Shown piece by piece: positions 26,171 to 35,608 of a stretch of 64,000 nt of DNA. The notes beneath the pieces were generated by a model. The model ran no database searches. It was not told where the DNA came from and saw nothing but the letters and a program-made list of their open reading frames with translations. The position numbers and the translations under genes were made by a program. How positions within the stretch are numbered: position 1 is the first letter of the stretch; the number at the start of each line of letters is the position of its first letter. This stretch comes from an uncultured Gemmatimonadales bacterium (GTDB lineage: Bacteria; Gemmatimonadota; Gemmatimonadetes; Gemmatimonadales; GWC2-71-9), in assembly GCA_963842945.1 (NCBI GenBank), contig CAWJIM010000004.1:1-64000 (forward strand). The letters are read 5' to 3'.

Positions 26171-28828
26171 TCAGACCTGGTGCCTTACCTGGCCGTTGCC
26201 TGAAACCTCCTCGCCTTCGTCCCCCAGCGCCGAGATGGCCGCCTTCAGATCGCAGGCGAGATCGCGTTCCCGACGGAGAGCCCCGATCAGCGCCTCGGCC
26301 TGCTTCATCTGGAACCCAAGCGCGCCGGCCGATTCCATCGCGTGATCCACCACGGTCTTCTGGGCGGTGAGCGATTCCACGGTGGCGCGGATCCCCAGTG
26401 CCAGCGCCTCGGCCCGAGCCAGCCGCTGTTCGGCCCGCTCCAGCTGGCGCTTGCGAGACTCGAAGCCTTTGAGCGTCTCTTCGGTGGTCTTGAACTGATC
26501 CTGGGTGGCCTGCAGCATAGCCCGGGTCTCCTCGATCTCGCGGCGGGCCGATCCGATGGTCTGAACATCCTCGATGGTCCGCTCGGCAAGATCGAAGACA
26601 TGCTTGACCTGCGCCTCGATGGCTTCGACGCCGGCCTGTCGGGCCAGAGTCTGTTCCAGTGCCTTGGCCGCCTCGGTCTGCGCCGACTCCCACTTGCTGA
26701 GCAGCTCCTCGAAGTGGCTGAGCTGCCGGTCAATGGACTTGAGGGCGGTGGCCCGAGTCTCCAGCTCACCCGCCAGCCGCTGAAGAGTGCCGGCCTGTTC
26801 CTGCGCCTGGCTCAGCGTAGCGCTGACCGTCCGGGTGATGTCCTCCATCCGCTGGGCGGCCTCCGCCGATTCCTTCCGCAGGGCCGAGGCGCGGGTGAGG
26901 TGCTCGGTCGCCTTGTCCAACGCGCCCTGCCGCTGATCCAGCTCCTGTCCCAGAAGCCGAATCTTCTCTTCCACCTGATCGATCTGCTGGGTCCGGCTCT
27001 CCAGCCCGCGAACCGATTCGTCCACCATTCCCATCCGGCGCTCGGCGTCTTCCACCGAGGTAGTGACCTGCGAAATGGTATCGTTCAGGCGCTGCGCGCT
27101 CTCCGCCTGCTTGGCGAGCTGGCCGAACCGGGACTCGGCCGCGTCGATCCGGCCCCGCAGTCCTTCCATCCGATCCTTGAGCTCACCGCTCAGAGTCCCC
27201 ACGTCGATGAGGCCGCGCTGGACCTCGTGCACCATCTCCCGGCTGGACTCGATCTGGGCCATGGATCCCTTGACCTGCTCGACTTCGCCTCGGATCCGCT
27301 CGACCGCCGGCTCCATCGCGCTGAGCTCCTTGACCTGTGTCTGCACCTTCCTGGTCCAGACATCGGCATTGGCCAGCCAGGCCTGGGTCTCCCCGTGGCC
27401 TTCGCGCAGGCGGGTCATCTCCTCATATGCCACCCGCATCTGTTCCAGCCCGTCGGACAGCAGCTCCCGGGTTCCCTTGAGCGTGGACAGTTGCTCCACC
27501 GCCTGTTCCACCCCGGGTCTGATCTCATCCAGCCGGCGCATCCGGGCGGCGAGATCGGTGGCCATGGTGTCGAGCCGCGACACATCCTGGCGCAGCGAGC
27601 TTGCCCGAACGGCTTCCTGAGAGAGGGCGTTCACTTCCTTGGAGAGATCAGCGATTTGCTCGCCGACGTTCCGGACCTGGTTCTGCACCACCGCGGTGCC
27701 CTGGGTGGCGGCATCCAGCTCGCCTAAACGGGCCTCGCATTCCTTGACCGCCTTCCGCAGGTCGGCGATACGCTCGCTCACCGCATGGAGACTCCGGTGC
27801 TCCAGCTCGAAGGCCTCGCTGCTCTTCCGCATCTGCTCCTTGAGATCGGTGAGCGCCTGACGGGCCGACTGCTGCGCATCCTCGATCTTCTGCGAGGTGG
27901 CCTGAAGCTCCTCGGTACGGGAGAGGACCTTGTCCTGGATCGTCTTCACTTCCGTAATCTTGGCTTCGATCGGACCAAACCGGCGGATCTGCTCCTCTTG
28001 CCGCCGGAGCCAGGCGTCGAGTTCCCGATCCATCCGGGTAAGTTGTGCGATCTGGGTGGCGGCCCGGTCGACCGCCTCACGCTCCTGCTCCAGCATAGTG
28101 GTCTTCTGGGCTACCTGATCCGCCAATGCCTTCAACACCGCCAATTGGTGCTGGATATCGGGAATTGCCGTAGAAGCCTGGTTGATCGGCTCCATCTGGC
28201 GCTCAACCGACTGCACCCGGCGGACGACATCTTCCAGCTTCCCGGTGGCAGCCTGGAAGTCCTGATCGAAGTTCTCCAGCCGGGATGTGGTATGCCGGTG
28301 GGCGGTGAGAGCATCGTCGTGCTGGGAGCGCATGCGGGCGACGTTCTCCGCCAGCTCACTCAGCTGTCCTCTCAGGCCGTCCGCATCGGTGCGGAGAGCC
28401 GCGAGCGGACCCTGAAGGCTGAGGAAGGACTCGACTTGCTCCCGGAGCAGCAGTGCGGTTTCCACCTTGTCGCTCAAGGCACTCATCTGTCCCTGGAGCC
28501 GCTCGACGTCCTCGCCGGCGTGGGCGATGCGGGCTTCGGTGGCCGCCTGGGTCTTGATCACCCGCTCGGCCTGCTCTTCAGCCAGGGCCATCTGACCGCC
28601 CAGCCGAAGGAGACCCTCCACCGACCCCTCCAGCTCCGCGCAGCGCTCCCGCAGGGCTCCGATCTCCGCCGCTCGTTCGAGCGTCGGACCCAGCGAACGC
28701 AGATCGTTCGCGGCGGTTTCTGCCCGGGCAACGAGTGCTTCGAGGGCCGCGGTGATATCGCGTCCGCTCGAGTCGATGGCGACGACGGAATCGTCCTCGC
28801 GGCGGCGACCTTTCAGGAAACTGACCAT
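26171..28828 (-). CDS. 885-aa coiled-coil protein of unknown function
   Basis: Long uninterrupted ORF rich in E/Q/A/L/R with heptad character. No Walker motif, signal peptide or TM segment seen. Confidence 0.85.
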   Translation of the reverse strand: MVSFLKGRRREDDSVVAIDSSGRDITAALEALVARAETAANDLRSLGPTLERAAEIGALRERCAELEGSVEGLLRLGGQMALAEEQAERVIKTQAATEARIAHAGEDVERLQGQMSALSDKVETALLLREQVESFLSLQGPLAALRTDADGLRGQLSELAENVARMRSQHDDALTAHRHTTSRLENFDQDFQAATGKLEDVVRRVQSVERQMEPINQASTAIPDIQHQLAVLKALADQVAQKTTMLEQEREAVDRAATQIAQLTRMDRELDAWLRRQEEQIRRFGPIEAKITEVKTIQDKVLSRTEELQATSQKIEDAQQSARQALTDLKEQMRKSSEAFELEHRSLHAVSERIADLRKAVKECEARLGELDAATQGTAVVQNQVRNVGEQIADLSKEVNALSQEAVRASSLRQDVSRLDTMATDLAARMRRLDEIRPGVEQAVEQLSTLKGTRELLSDGLEQMRVAYEEMTRLREGHGETQAWLANADVWTRKVQTQVKELSAMEPAVERIRGEVEQVKGSMAQIESSREMVHEVQRGLIDVGTLSGELKDRMEGLRGRIDAAESRFGQLAKQAESAQRLNDTISQVTTSVEDAERRMGMVDESVRGLESRTQQIDQVEEKIRLLGQELDQRQGALDKATEHLTRASALRKESAEAAQRMEDITRTVSATLSQAQEQAGTLQRLAGELETRATALKSIDRQLSHFEELLSKWESAQTEAAKALEQTLARQAGVEAIEAQVKHVFDLAERTIEDVQTIGSARREIEETRAMLQATQDQFKTTEETLKGFESRKRQLERAEQRLARAEALALGIRATVESLTAQKTVVDHAMESAGALGFQMKQAEALIGALRRERDLACDLKAAISALGDEGEEVSGNGQVRHQV

Positions 28829-28939
28829 TGGCTTACTCCGAGGGAATGCGCGCGCGATCGGTCGGAACTAGGGCCAGAGCTCTGGCAGTCGCAGATCACT
28901 CGCGGGTGAAGATGGCACGCAGGCGGACCGCGCCCTAAC

Positions 28940-28955
28940 TGCAACGCGTGTGCCC
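28940..28955 (-). promoter_or_regulatory. Candidate sigma54 promoter for the coiled-coil gene
   Basis: Minus strand GGGCAC-ACGCG-TTGCA, about 110 nt upstream of the ATG. Confidence 0.65.
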
Positions 28956-29134
28956 CGAGGCCCGGCTCGGTTTGGAGGATCGGAGATGGGAGCGGGCCCG
29001 GGCGCAAATCACTACTGGCGCGAGAGATTGCCGAGCTATGCGGGAAAACTTGAGGAGGCCGAGACGGGAATATCGAAAGGCTTGCTTGGCGAGGTGCGAG
29101 GCCACCGGGCAGGTCGCACGCCAGGGATTCTCCA

Positions 29135-30612
29135 TCACTGAGGTCCAGCCGGCTCCAAGTCGTAGCGCCGCCGGATCGGGTTGGAGCCGGTCACCACGAT
29201 GGTCTCGGTCCGGGTGAGATATCCCTCTTGCTGGATCCTGATGCGGTGAGTCCCGGTCGGCAGGGGATAGTCGGCTATTGGGGTCGGCCCGATCTCCTTG
29301 TTGCCTACGAACAGGGTTCCCCAAGGCTCCGAGGTGACCGTCAGCAGGGCGTATTCCTTCTTGGCCGGCTTGGACCGCTCCGGCTCGGCGGACGCGGCTG
29401 GAGTCGCCGCCGACGTCAACCTCGGCAGGCTCGGGGAGACCGGAACCGACTCCCGTGGCGGTACCACGGGGAGGAGCTGGCTTGCTCGTCACCCTCGGAT
29501 GCGGCGGCTCCTGAAACGGCAGCCACGCGGCCCAGGCCACGCCGACCAGCGCGGCGCAGAACCCCGCGGCTATGAGGCCACGCCGTGCTATGACTCTCCT
29601 CTTGGCCAGTCGCTGCTTCGTTGGCACCTGCTGCTCTGACGGTGTCACAGCAGCACTCACTAAGGTGCGGGGACCGGTGCGCTCCCCGCTTACAGCAACC
29701 GCAAACTCCTCCATCCCGGGGAAGCGGTTGGCCGGCTCCTTCGACAATGCCCGATCCAGGGCAGCACAGAGATCGGCTGGGGCATCCGGACGATTTTCGA
29801 AAATTCGCGGCGGCGCCTCGAACACGTGCTTATACAGAATGCTGTGGGAGGATCCCTCGAAGGGCTGCTTACCGGTCAGGATCTGGTGCCCCACCACCGC
29901 AAGAGCATACTGGTCCACTCGCCCATCTACATCGAGTCCCTTCGCCTGCTCCGGCGCCATGTAGTGCGGCGTCCCGATGATGTTCCCGGTGCCGGTCAGC
30001 GCGGAGCCGCTGTCCAGAGCCTTGGAGATGCCGAAGTCCGTCAGGACCACGCGGCCGTCTGAGTCAAGCATGATGTTGGCCGGCTTCACATCGCGGTGCA
30101 CGATGCCGCGATTGTGGGCATGGCCCAGAGCCATGGCGGCATCCCGGAGTACCCGTCGAGCCAGATCGATCGGCAGAGGGACCCTGGTCCAGCCGCTGCT
30201 CCAGCGAGCTGCCGTTGACGTACTTCATGACGAAGTAGTTGAGCCCCGCCTCGCTCTCTACGCGGTAAATCGGAATGATGTTCGGATGGTCGAGCTTGGC
30301 CGCTGTCTTGGCTTCCTGTTGGAATCGGTGGATCACCTTGGCGTCATGCGATACGTCAGGCGGCAGGACCTTGATGGCGACCTGTCGCTCGAGCACCAGG
30401 TCCTGAGCCAGAAATACCACGGCCATTCCTCCCCGGCCGAGCAGTCGGGTGATCTCATAGCGGCCGGCCAGGGTGCGAGCCAGGCGCTCCCTCAGCTCAT
30501 CGGTCGGATCGGCAGGAAAGGTATGGGCGATTTCCCCCGAAGGCGTTCCGCAGTTGGCGCAGAACCGGCCATCCGGCGGCAGCGGCGTATGGCACTTGGT
30601 GCACTCGCTCAC
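29135..30612 (-). CDS. Hanks-type Ser/Thr kinase with N-terminal zinc ribbon, TM helix and C-terminal PEGA-like domain; indels near 30180 and 29470
   Basis: CTKC..CANC, LGRGGMAVV, VAIK, HRDVKPAN, DFG, YMAPE; tail LTVTSEPWGTLFVGNKEIGPTP...GTHRIRIQQEGY. Confidence 0.85.
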
Positions 30613-30833
30613 CGAGTGCCTTTCTGCCGCACCGGATTTGCCCTCAGGATTCCGACAGCAGGGTGGTACATCGGTCTCCAAGCTCTGATGAGGGTTCCGA
30701 CCAGAGGCTCGAGGCTCTGGTAATTCCCAGCATCATCTGGCGGACTCCGGGAACGGCACGGTCGGTTACGCCGGCATCCTTCCTGGAGGTGCAGGATTCC
30801 AAAGGAGTTAGAGGGTCGCGCGGGGAGTTGAGG

Positions 30834-30849
30834 AGCAAGGGCTGTGCCC
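30834..30849 (-). promoter_or_regulatory. Candidate sigma54 promoter for the kinase gene
   Basis: Minus strand GGGCAC-AGCCC-TTGCT, about 220 nt upstream of the GTG. Confidence 0.55.
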
Positions 30850-30922
30850 TTGGGTGAGCCACCACACAGAATCAGGCTGAAGGGAATGAGAAACTGCGGT
30901 GGCTTACCTATCGGGAGGAACG

Positions 30923-32087
30923 ATGAAGCAACTCAGACTGGTACTAGCGGGGATCACCGCCCTATCGGCCTGCTCCGGCGGACGAGAAGAGCGGATGCCC
31001 GTGAACGATAGAGTAGCACAACAGCCAGACCTGACTCTGCCCGACACCCTGAGCCGGAGAGATACCTCGGTGACGCTGGCGTCCAGGACTGCGGAGCCGG
31101 CCACGCCGGCCGCCGAGCCGCCGCGGACGGTCTCGCAGACCCGCAAGACTGCCAAGCCCCGGTCGAGCACGGTCCGGCATCGCACCCGCCCTGCTGTAGC
31201 GACAACCAAATCGGAGACTGAGGACACCACGGTTCGCGCCTATGCCCCTGATGGCGCTCGCGACACCGCAACCGCGGCCGACAGCGGTAGCTCCTCGGCG
31301 CCGGACACAGTCGCGAGCGCGCTGGAAACGAACGCGGAGTCGACGAGCACCAGCCGACCCGACACGAGTCGCATCGCGACCATCGATACCACGGCACGCA
31401 TCGCGGACTCGGCCCCTGCACGCAACGCGGACACGCGTACCGGCTCCATCTGCCGATACCGCTCGTGCCCGCGATACCACTGCGCGCGCGATGTCCGACA
31501 CCACGGCCTCTGCCCCGCAACCGGCCACGCCGTCGGTGACTGCCGGCGAAACCCGCAGCGCTGCCAGCCGCACGCTTCCGATCGGCACCGAAATTCACGC
31601 GGCGCTCGACGACTCGATCACCTCTCGCCGGGACACGGTAGGGGCACAGGTCGACGCTCACGTGATGGGGAACGTCATGGGTGCTGATGGCCGCACTCTG
31701 ATTGCGGCCGGTACTCCGGTCCGTTTTACCGTCACGGAGATCCGCCCGTCCAGGTCAAAAAGCTCTCAGGGCCGCCTCGCGCTGCGGGCTGAAGGGATTT
31801 CGCTCGGAGGCCAGCTGCAGTCGGTCAAGGCCGATGTAAAGCCGGTCCCCCGTGAGCTCCGCGGTCGGGGAGTGACCGGAAGTGAGGCTGCCAAGGTCGG
31901 TGGCGGGGCAGCCGCGGGCGCCGTGATCGGCGGAGCCGTAGGGAAGACCAAAGGCGCGGTCATTGGCGGAGTAGCGGGAGCAGCGGCGGGTGCGGTAGTA
32001 GCGTCCCAGACAGCAACCCGGGATGTGGTGGTAAAGGCGAAGACCCCGGTGCTCCTCGTGCTTACGGCGCCGCTGGTGGCGCCGTAA
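30923..32087 (+). CDS. Lipoprotein with long T/S/A/P-rich linker and C-terminal TrbI-like domain with glycine zipper; indel near 31440
   Basis: Lipobox LSAC; TLPIGTEIHAALDDSITS; KVGGGAAAGAVIGGAVGKTKGAVIGG. Confidence 0.7.
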
Positions 32088-32112
32088 GGTTTCTGTCTCG
32101 TTGAAGTGACTC

Positions 32113-33054
32113 TCAGGCGGGTCGTGGGGCCGAGCTCTCGATCCGCTGCTTCTCCCGTTTCACCCGGATTGCGCCCGGCTCAGGTTCGATGGTCTCGCCC
32201 CGGCGCTCCCGAGCCCAGGTTTCGGTGAACTCGGCGCCGAACAGGACGATCAGCGAGGAGTAGTAGATCCAGAGCAGCAGCACCGCGAGCGAGCCGGCTG
32301 CTCCGTACGCCTGTCCCGGATTGCTCTTACCCAGATACAGCCCGATCACGTACTTGCCCAGTACGAAGAGGACCGCGGTAACCAGCGCACCCACCCAGAC
32401 GCTGCGCCAGGAAATTTTGGCATCGGGAAGGACCTTGAACATCGCTGCAAAAAGGAGGGTTATGGTCCCCAGTGAGATCAGGAGGTTCAAGGCCTGAAGC
32501 ACCGGCTCGGACAGGCCGGCCGGAAGAAACGATTCGAGCCGGTCTCCCATCCCCGACAATGCCGTGCTGATGACGAGGGACACCAGCAGCATGAATGCCA
32601 CCACCAGAATGATCCCCAGCGAGAAGATCCTCTTGCCGAGAAACGCCTTGATGCCGCCCTGGTCGGGATCCGGCTCGACGTCCCAGGTCCGGTTCAGGCT
32701 TTTCTGGAACTGACCAAATGCGCCTGTCGCACCGAAGATCAGTACGACAATCCCGAGGATGGTCGGCAGTGCCCCACTGCCCTGCGGCTTCTGGTCTGCC
32801 TTCTCAATGATGGTTCGAACCTGCTCGCCGGCGGTTGGTCCCATGAGACTTTGCATCTGGGATTCGAGGCCGCCGCGCACGTCATTGGCATTCATGACCG
32901 CGCCAACAATCAACAGCAACAGCACGAGCACCGCCGGCAGCGAGAAGATCGTGTAATAGGAGAGAGCCGCCGCGGAATCCATGCAATCGTCGGCGATGAA
33001 ATCACTGGCGCTCTTTTTGAACAGACCGACAATCCCTGTACGCGCATTCGCCAT
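32113..33054 (-). CDS. YihY/virulence factor BrkB family membrane protein
   Basis: AAALSYYTIFSLP, FKVLPD, YGAAGSLAVLLLWIYYSSLIVLFGAEFT. Confidence 0.92.
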   Translation of the reverse strand: MANARTGIVGLFKKSASDFIADDCMDSAAALSYYTIFSLPAVLVLLLLIVGAVMNANDVRGGLESQMQSLMGPTAGEQVRTIIEKADQKPQGSGALPTILGIVVLIFGATGAFGQFQKSLNRTWDVEPDPDQGGIKAFLGKRIFSLGIILVVAFMLLVSLVISTALSGMGDRLESFLPAGLSEPVLQALNLLISLGTITLLFAAMFKVLPDAKISWRSVWVGALVTAVLFVLGKYVIGLYLGKSNPGQAYGAAGSLAVLLLWIYYSSLIVLFGAEFTETWARERRGETIEPEPGAIRVKREKQRIESSAPRPA

Positions 33055-33149
33055 CGTATCCACCGTTGGGTTGAGCTCGGAATTGCCTCCAGGTACGGGA
33101 TGAACATGGGAGCGGCAAGCACTGAGGTAAGTGACCGGGGTCACCAGCC

Positions 33150-34451
33150 TTAACGGACGCGGCGGCCATCCTTCATGACCATCATTACCTGTCTCAAAGC
33201 ACCGATGTCGCGGGTGGGACTACCCTTGACGGCAACCAGGTCGGCCAGCAGTCCGGGCGCAATCCGGCCTCGATTACCGAGATGAAAGATCCTGGCGTTG
33301 CCGCTGGTTGCCGCCCGCACGGCATCAAGTGGTGTCATGCCCCCAGCGACCATTGCCTCGAGCTCCCGGACGTTGTCTCCATGGCTGAACACTCCGACGT
33401 CGCCGCCAAAGCAGATGGTGACGCCTTCATCCAGCGCCGCGCGGAAGCTGGCCCGCTTGTCGAGCACGGATTGGGGCACCGGCTGGGACCCACGACGCCA
33501 GCCTTCGAAGTACTGCGCGTAAGCCTCCGCCGCTGCGATGGTGGGACAAAGCGCAACGCCTCGCCGGCGCATCAGCCGAAAGACGTCGCGGGTGCCTCCA
33601 TCTCCGTGCTCAATGGTTTCAACGCCGGCCATCACCGCACGGCGCATTCCCTCCTCGGTGGTGGCGTGAGCCGCCACCGGTCTCCCGCTGCCCTGGGCCG
33701 TTTCGACTAGAGTCTTGAGCTCACTTTCACTGAAGGTGGGCCGAGCCTCACCCCCTGGGCCCCAGCGATAGTCCGCATAGACCTTGATCCAATCGGCCCC
33801 ATGACCGATTTGGCTGCGGACCACTCGTGCGATCTCCTCCGGACCGGTTGCCTCCTCCGCTCCCTGCGCTGGATCGAAGGAGTAGTCCGCCCGCCGCGGA
33901 CCGTAGCTCCCGGTCGCCACTATGGCTCGAGTGACCGTAATCAGCCGGGGGCCAGGAACGATCCCCTGGTCGATCGCCCGCTTGAGCTGCACGTCGTAGT
34001 CGAAAACCCCCTCGGTTCCCAGTTCCCGCTCGCTGGTTATTCCGGCCAGCAGAGTTGCTCGTGCGCTGGCCACAGCTCGCGCCATTCTGAGACCTGCCGG
34101 CTCTTTCAGGACCTGGTCGTCCCAGCTGGCTTCGTCATAGGGATGCAAGAACAGGTGGGAGTGTCCCTCGATCAGGCCAGGAATGAGGGTTGCGCCGGCC
34201 AGCTCCATCCGCTCGACATCCTTCGGCACTGCCAGACTGCTGGCTGGACCAACTGACTCGATCCGATTCCCCCGCACCAGGACCACCCAGCCGGGGCGCG
34301 GGCTATCCGAGACGCCGTCCCAGACGGCATCAGGCACCAGGAGCAGCCGCGAGGCGCTGCTATCCGGCCGATTCTGGGCCCTTACGGTCCCGGCTGAGAG
34401 CACCAGTACAATGAGGGCGGGCGATGAAAGAGCACGCAGTGGGTTTCTCAT
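33150..34451 (-). CDS. Secreted metal-dependent amidohydrolase (Xaa-Pro dipeptidase-like)
   Basis: Signal peptide; LIPGLIEGHSH, GADWIKVYAD, VAAHA, TIEHG, GGDVG, GRIAPGLLADLV. Confidence 0.9.
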   Translation of the reverse strand: MRNPLRALSSPALIVLVLSAGTVRAQNRPDSSASRLLLVPDAVWDGVSDSPRPGWVVLVRGNRIESVGPASSLAVPKDVERMELAGATLIPGLIEGHSHLFLHPYDEASWDDQVLKEPAGLRMARAVASARATLLAGITSERELGTEGVFDYDVQLKRAIDQGIVPGPRLITVTRAIVATGSYGPRRADYSFDPAQGAEEATGPEEIARVVRSQIGHGADWIKVYADYRWGPGGEARPTFSESELKTLVETAQGSGRPVAAHATTEEGMRRAVMAGVETIEHGDGGTRDVFRLMRRRGVALCPTIAAAEAYAQYFEGWRRGSQPVPQSVLDKRASFRAALDEGVTICFGGDVGVFSHGDNVRELEAMVAGGMTPLDAVRAATSGNARIFHLGNRGRIAPGLLADLVAVKGSPTRDIGALRQVMMVMKDGRRVR

Positions 34452-34927
34452 AAGTTGCGGCTGGTGGCAGGAGGCCCAAAGAGACGGCCGTCCCAGACCA
34501 CGTCGAAGGAAGGCCCTACCCGGATCCGGGCTGCGTCCGGGTGTGCCGGATTGATCACAAAGTTTCGCTCCACCGGCTGCCCCGGAATCGAGGGAACCAC
34601 CAGAACAGCGGTACGCCCCGTTGCATGCCACTGATCTCCATACGCCCGGGCCCCTGCCGACTCCTCCGAATCCCAGCCAGACACTGCGTCCGGATCAAAC
34701 ACCTCGATCGGCACGTCGTCGGGGATGTCGATGGCGGCGGCATGATGCGCTCCTGGCAGCTGGGTGCGGCCCGCGTGTACCAGCTTTTCGAGAATGGCGG
34801 TCGCGTAATGCTCCGACGCGTAGATCAGGACGCGGCCCGGTGAATTCCATCGGGCACCCTCGAGGGCAGCGCCGCTTCCATCGTAGACCGGATAGCGGCG
34901 CTTGGCCAGGCGAAAGACGGTTGGCAA
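34448..34927 (-). CDS. RES-domain toxin (start approximate)
   Basis: DGSGAALEGARWNSPG..IYASE..ATAILEKLVH, LVVPS, ERNFVINPAHPD. Confidence 0.9.
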   Translation of the reverse strand: MPTVFRLAKRRYPVYDGSGAALEGARWNSPGRVLIYASEHYATAILEKLVHAGRTQLPGAHHAAAIDIPDDVPIEVFDPDAVSGWDSEESAGARAYGDQWHATGRTAVLVVPSIPGQPVERNFVINPAHPDAARIRVGPSFDVVWDGRLFGPPATSRNL

Positions 34928-34943
34928 GAGAGATGGCGCTGCG

Positions 34944-35387
34944 TCAGACCGGGAGACTGTGCTCCAGCTTCCAGAGCAGCGTTTCCACCCGGCGGGTACC
35001 CAGATCGGTGGCTGCAAGATCGAGAGGAGCCTGATTCTCCAGCTGGGGATGGGGCGACGTGAGAAAGCGCTGGCCCTCCTCCGGCGACTCCCAGACCTGT
35101 TCGGCCAGAGTGGCCAGCCGCGCAATGCGCTCGAGCCGTTCGCTCTCGGCCGGCCTCAACCGCCCTTCTTCTTCCCGCCGCTGGAGCGTGGATCTGGGCA
35201 CCACAATCTGCTGAACGCGGGTCTTTTGCCGTTGGGGAAAGTGCCGGACGACATACTTCAGGGCGGCAAACGGGAGACCGCGTCCCACGGCACGCTCGAG
35301 ATCGGCGACGGAAGCCACGTCCTCTCTGAGTACCTTGGACCCGCCGAGATTCTGGGCGACCTTCAGCACGTCTGGATAGCTGGCCAT
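34944..35387 (-). CDS. Xre/MbcA/ParS-family antitoxin
   Basis: VGRGLP, IVVPRSTLQRR, LRPAESERLERIARL, FLTSPHPQLENQAPLDL..TDLGTRRVE. Confidence 0.9.
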   Translation of the reverse strand: MASYPDVLKVAQNLGGSKVLREDVASVADLERAVGRGLPFAALKYVVRHFPQRQKTRVQQIVVPRSTLQRREEEGRLRPAESERLERIARLATLAEQVWESPEEGQRFLTSPHPQLENQAPLDLAATDLGTRRVETLLWKLEHSLPV

Positions 35388-35403
35388 ATGGATTCCTTGG
35401 TGA

Positions 35404-35432
35404 CCATTTGAGAATAATTTAATCCCAAATGG
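35404..35432. promoter_or_regulatory. Candidate TA operator palindrome
   Basis: CCATTTG-N15-CAAATGG around an AT-rich core, just upstream of the antitoxin start. Confidence 0.55.
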
Positions 35433-35608
35433 GCGGACGCGCCAGCCCCTCCTAGCCTGACAATCCATCTCTAGCTGCCCTAACGACTTACCTGACCCAT
35501 TTTCTCAGCCCCACGGGGCTTCGCTCCGGCCGGAGCCCCGGTACGCATTTCAAATATCAGTGACGTTCTTAGCGGGTCGACTCCCCAAAGGGAGGCTATA
35601 TTTGCTCG

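Noticed and set aside
26171..28828. SMC/SbcC or chemoreceptor call for the coiled-coil protein
   Set aside because: No Walker A/B, ABC signature, hinge or MCP hairpin motif is visible.
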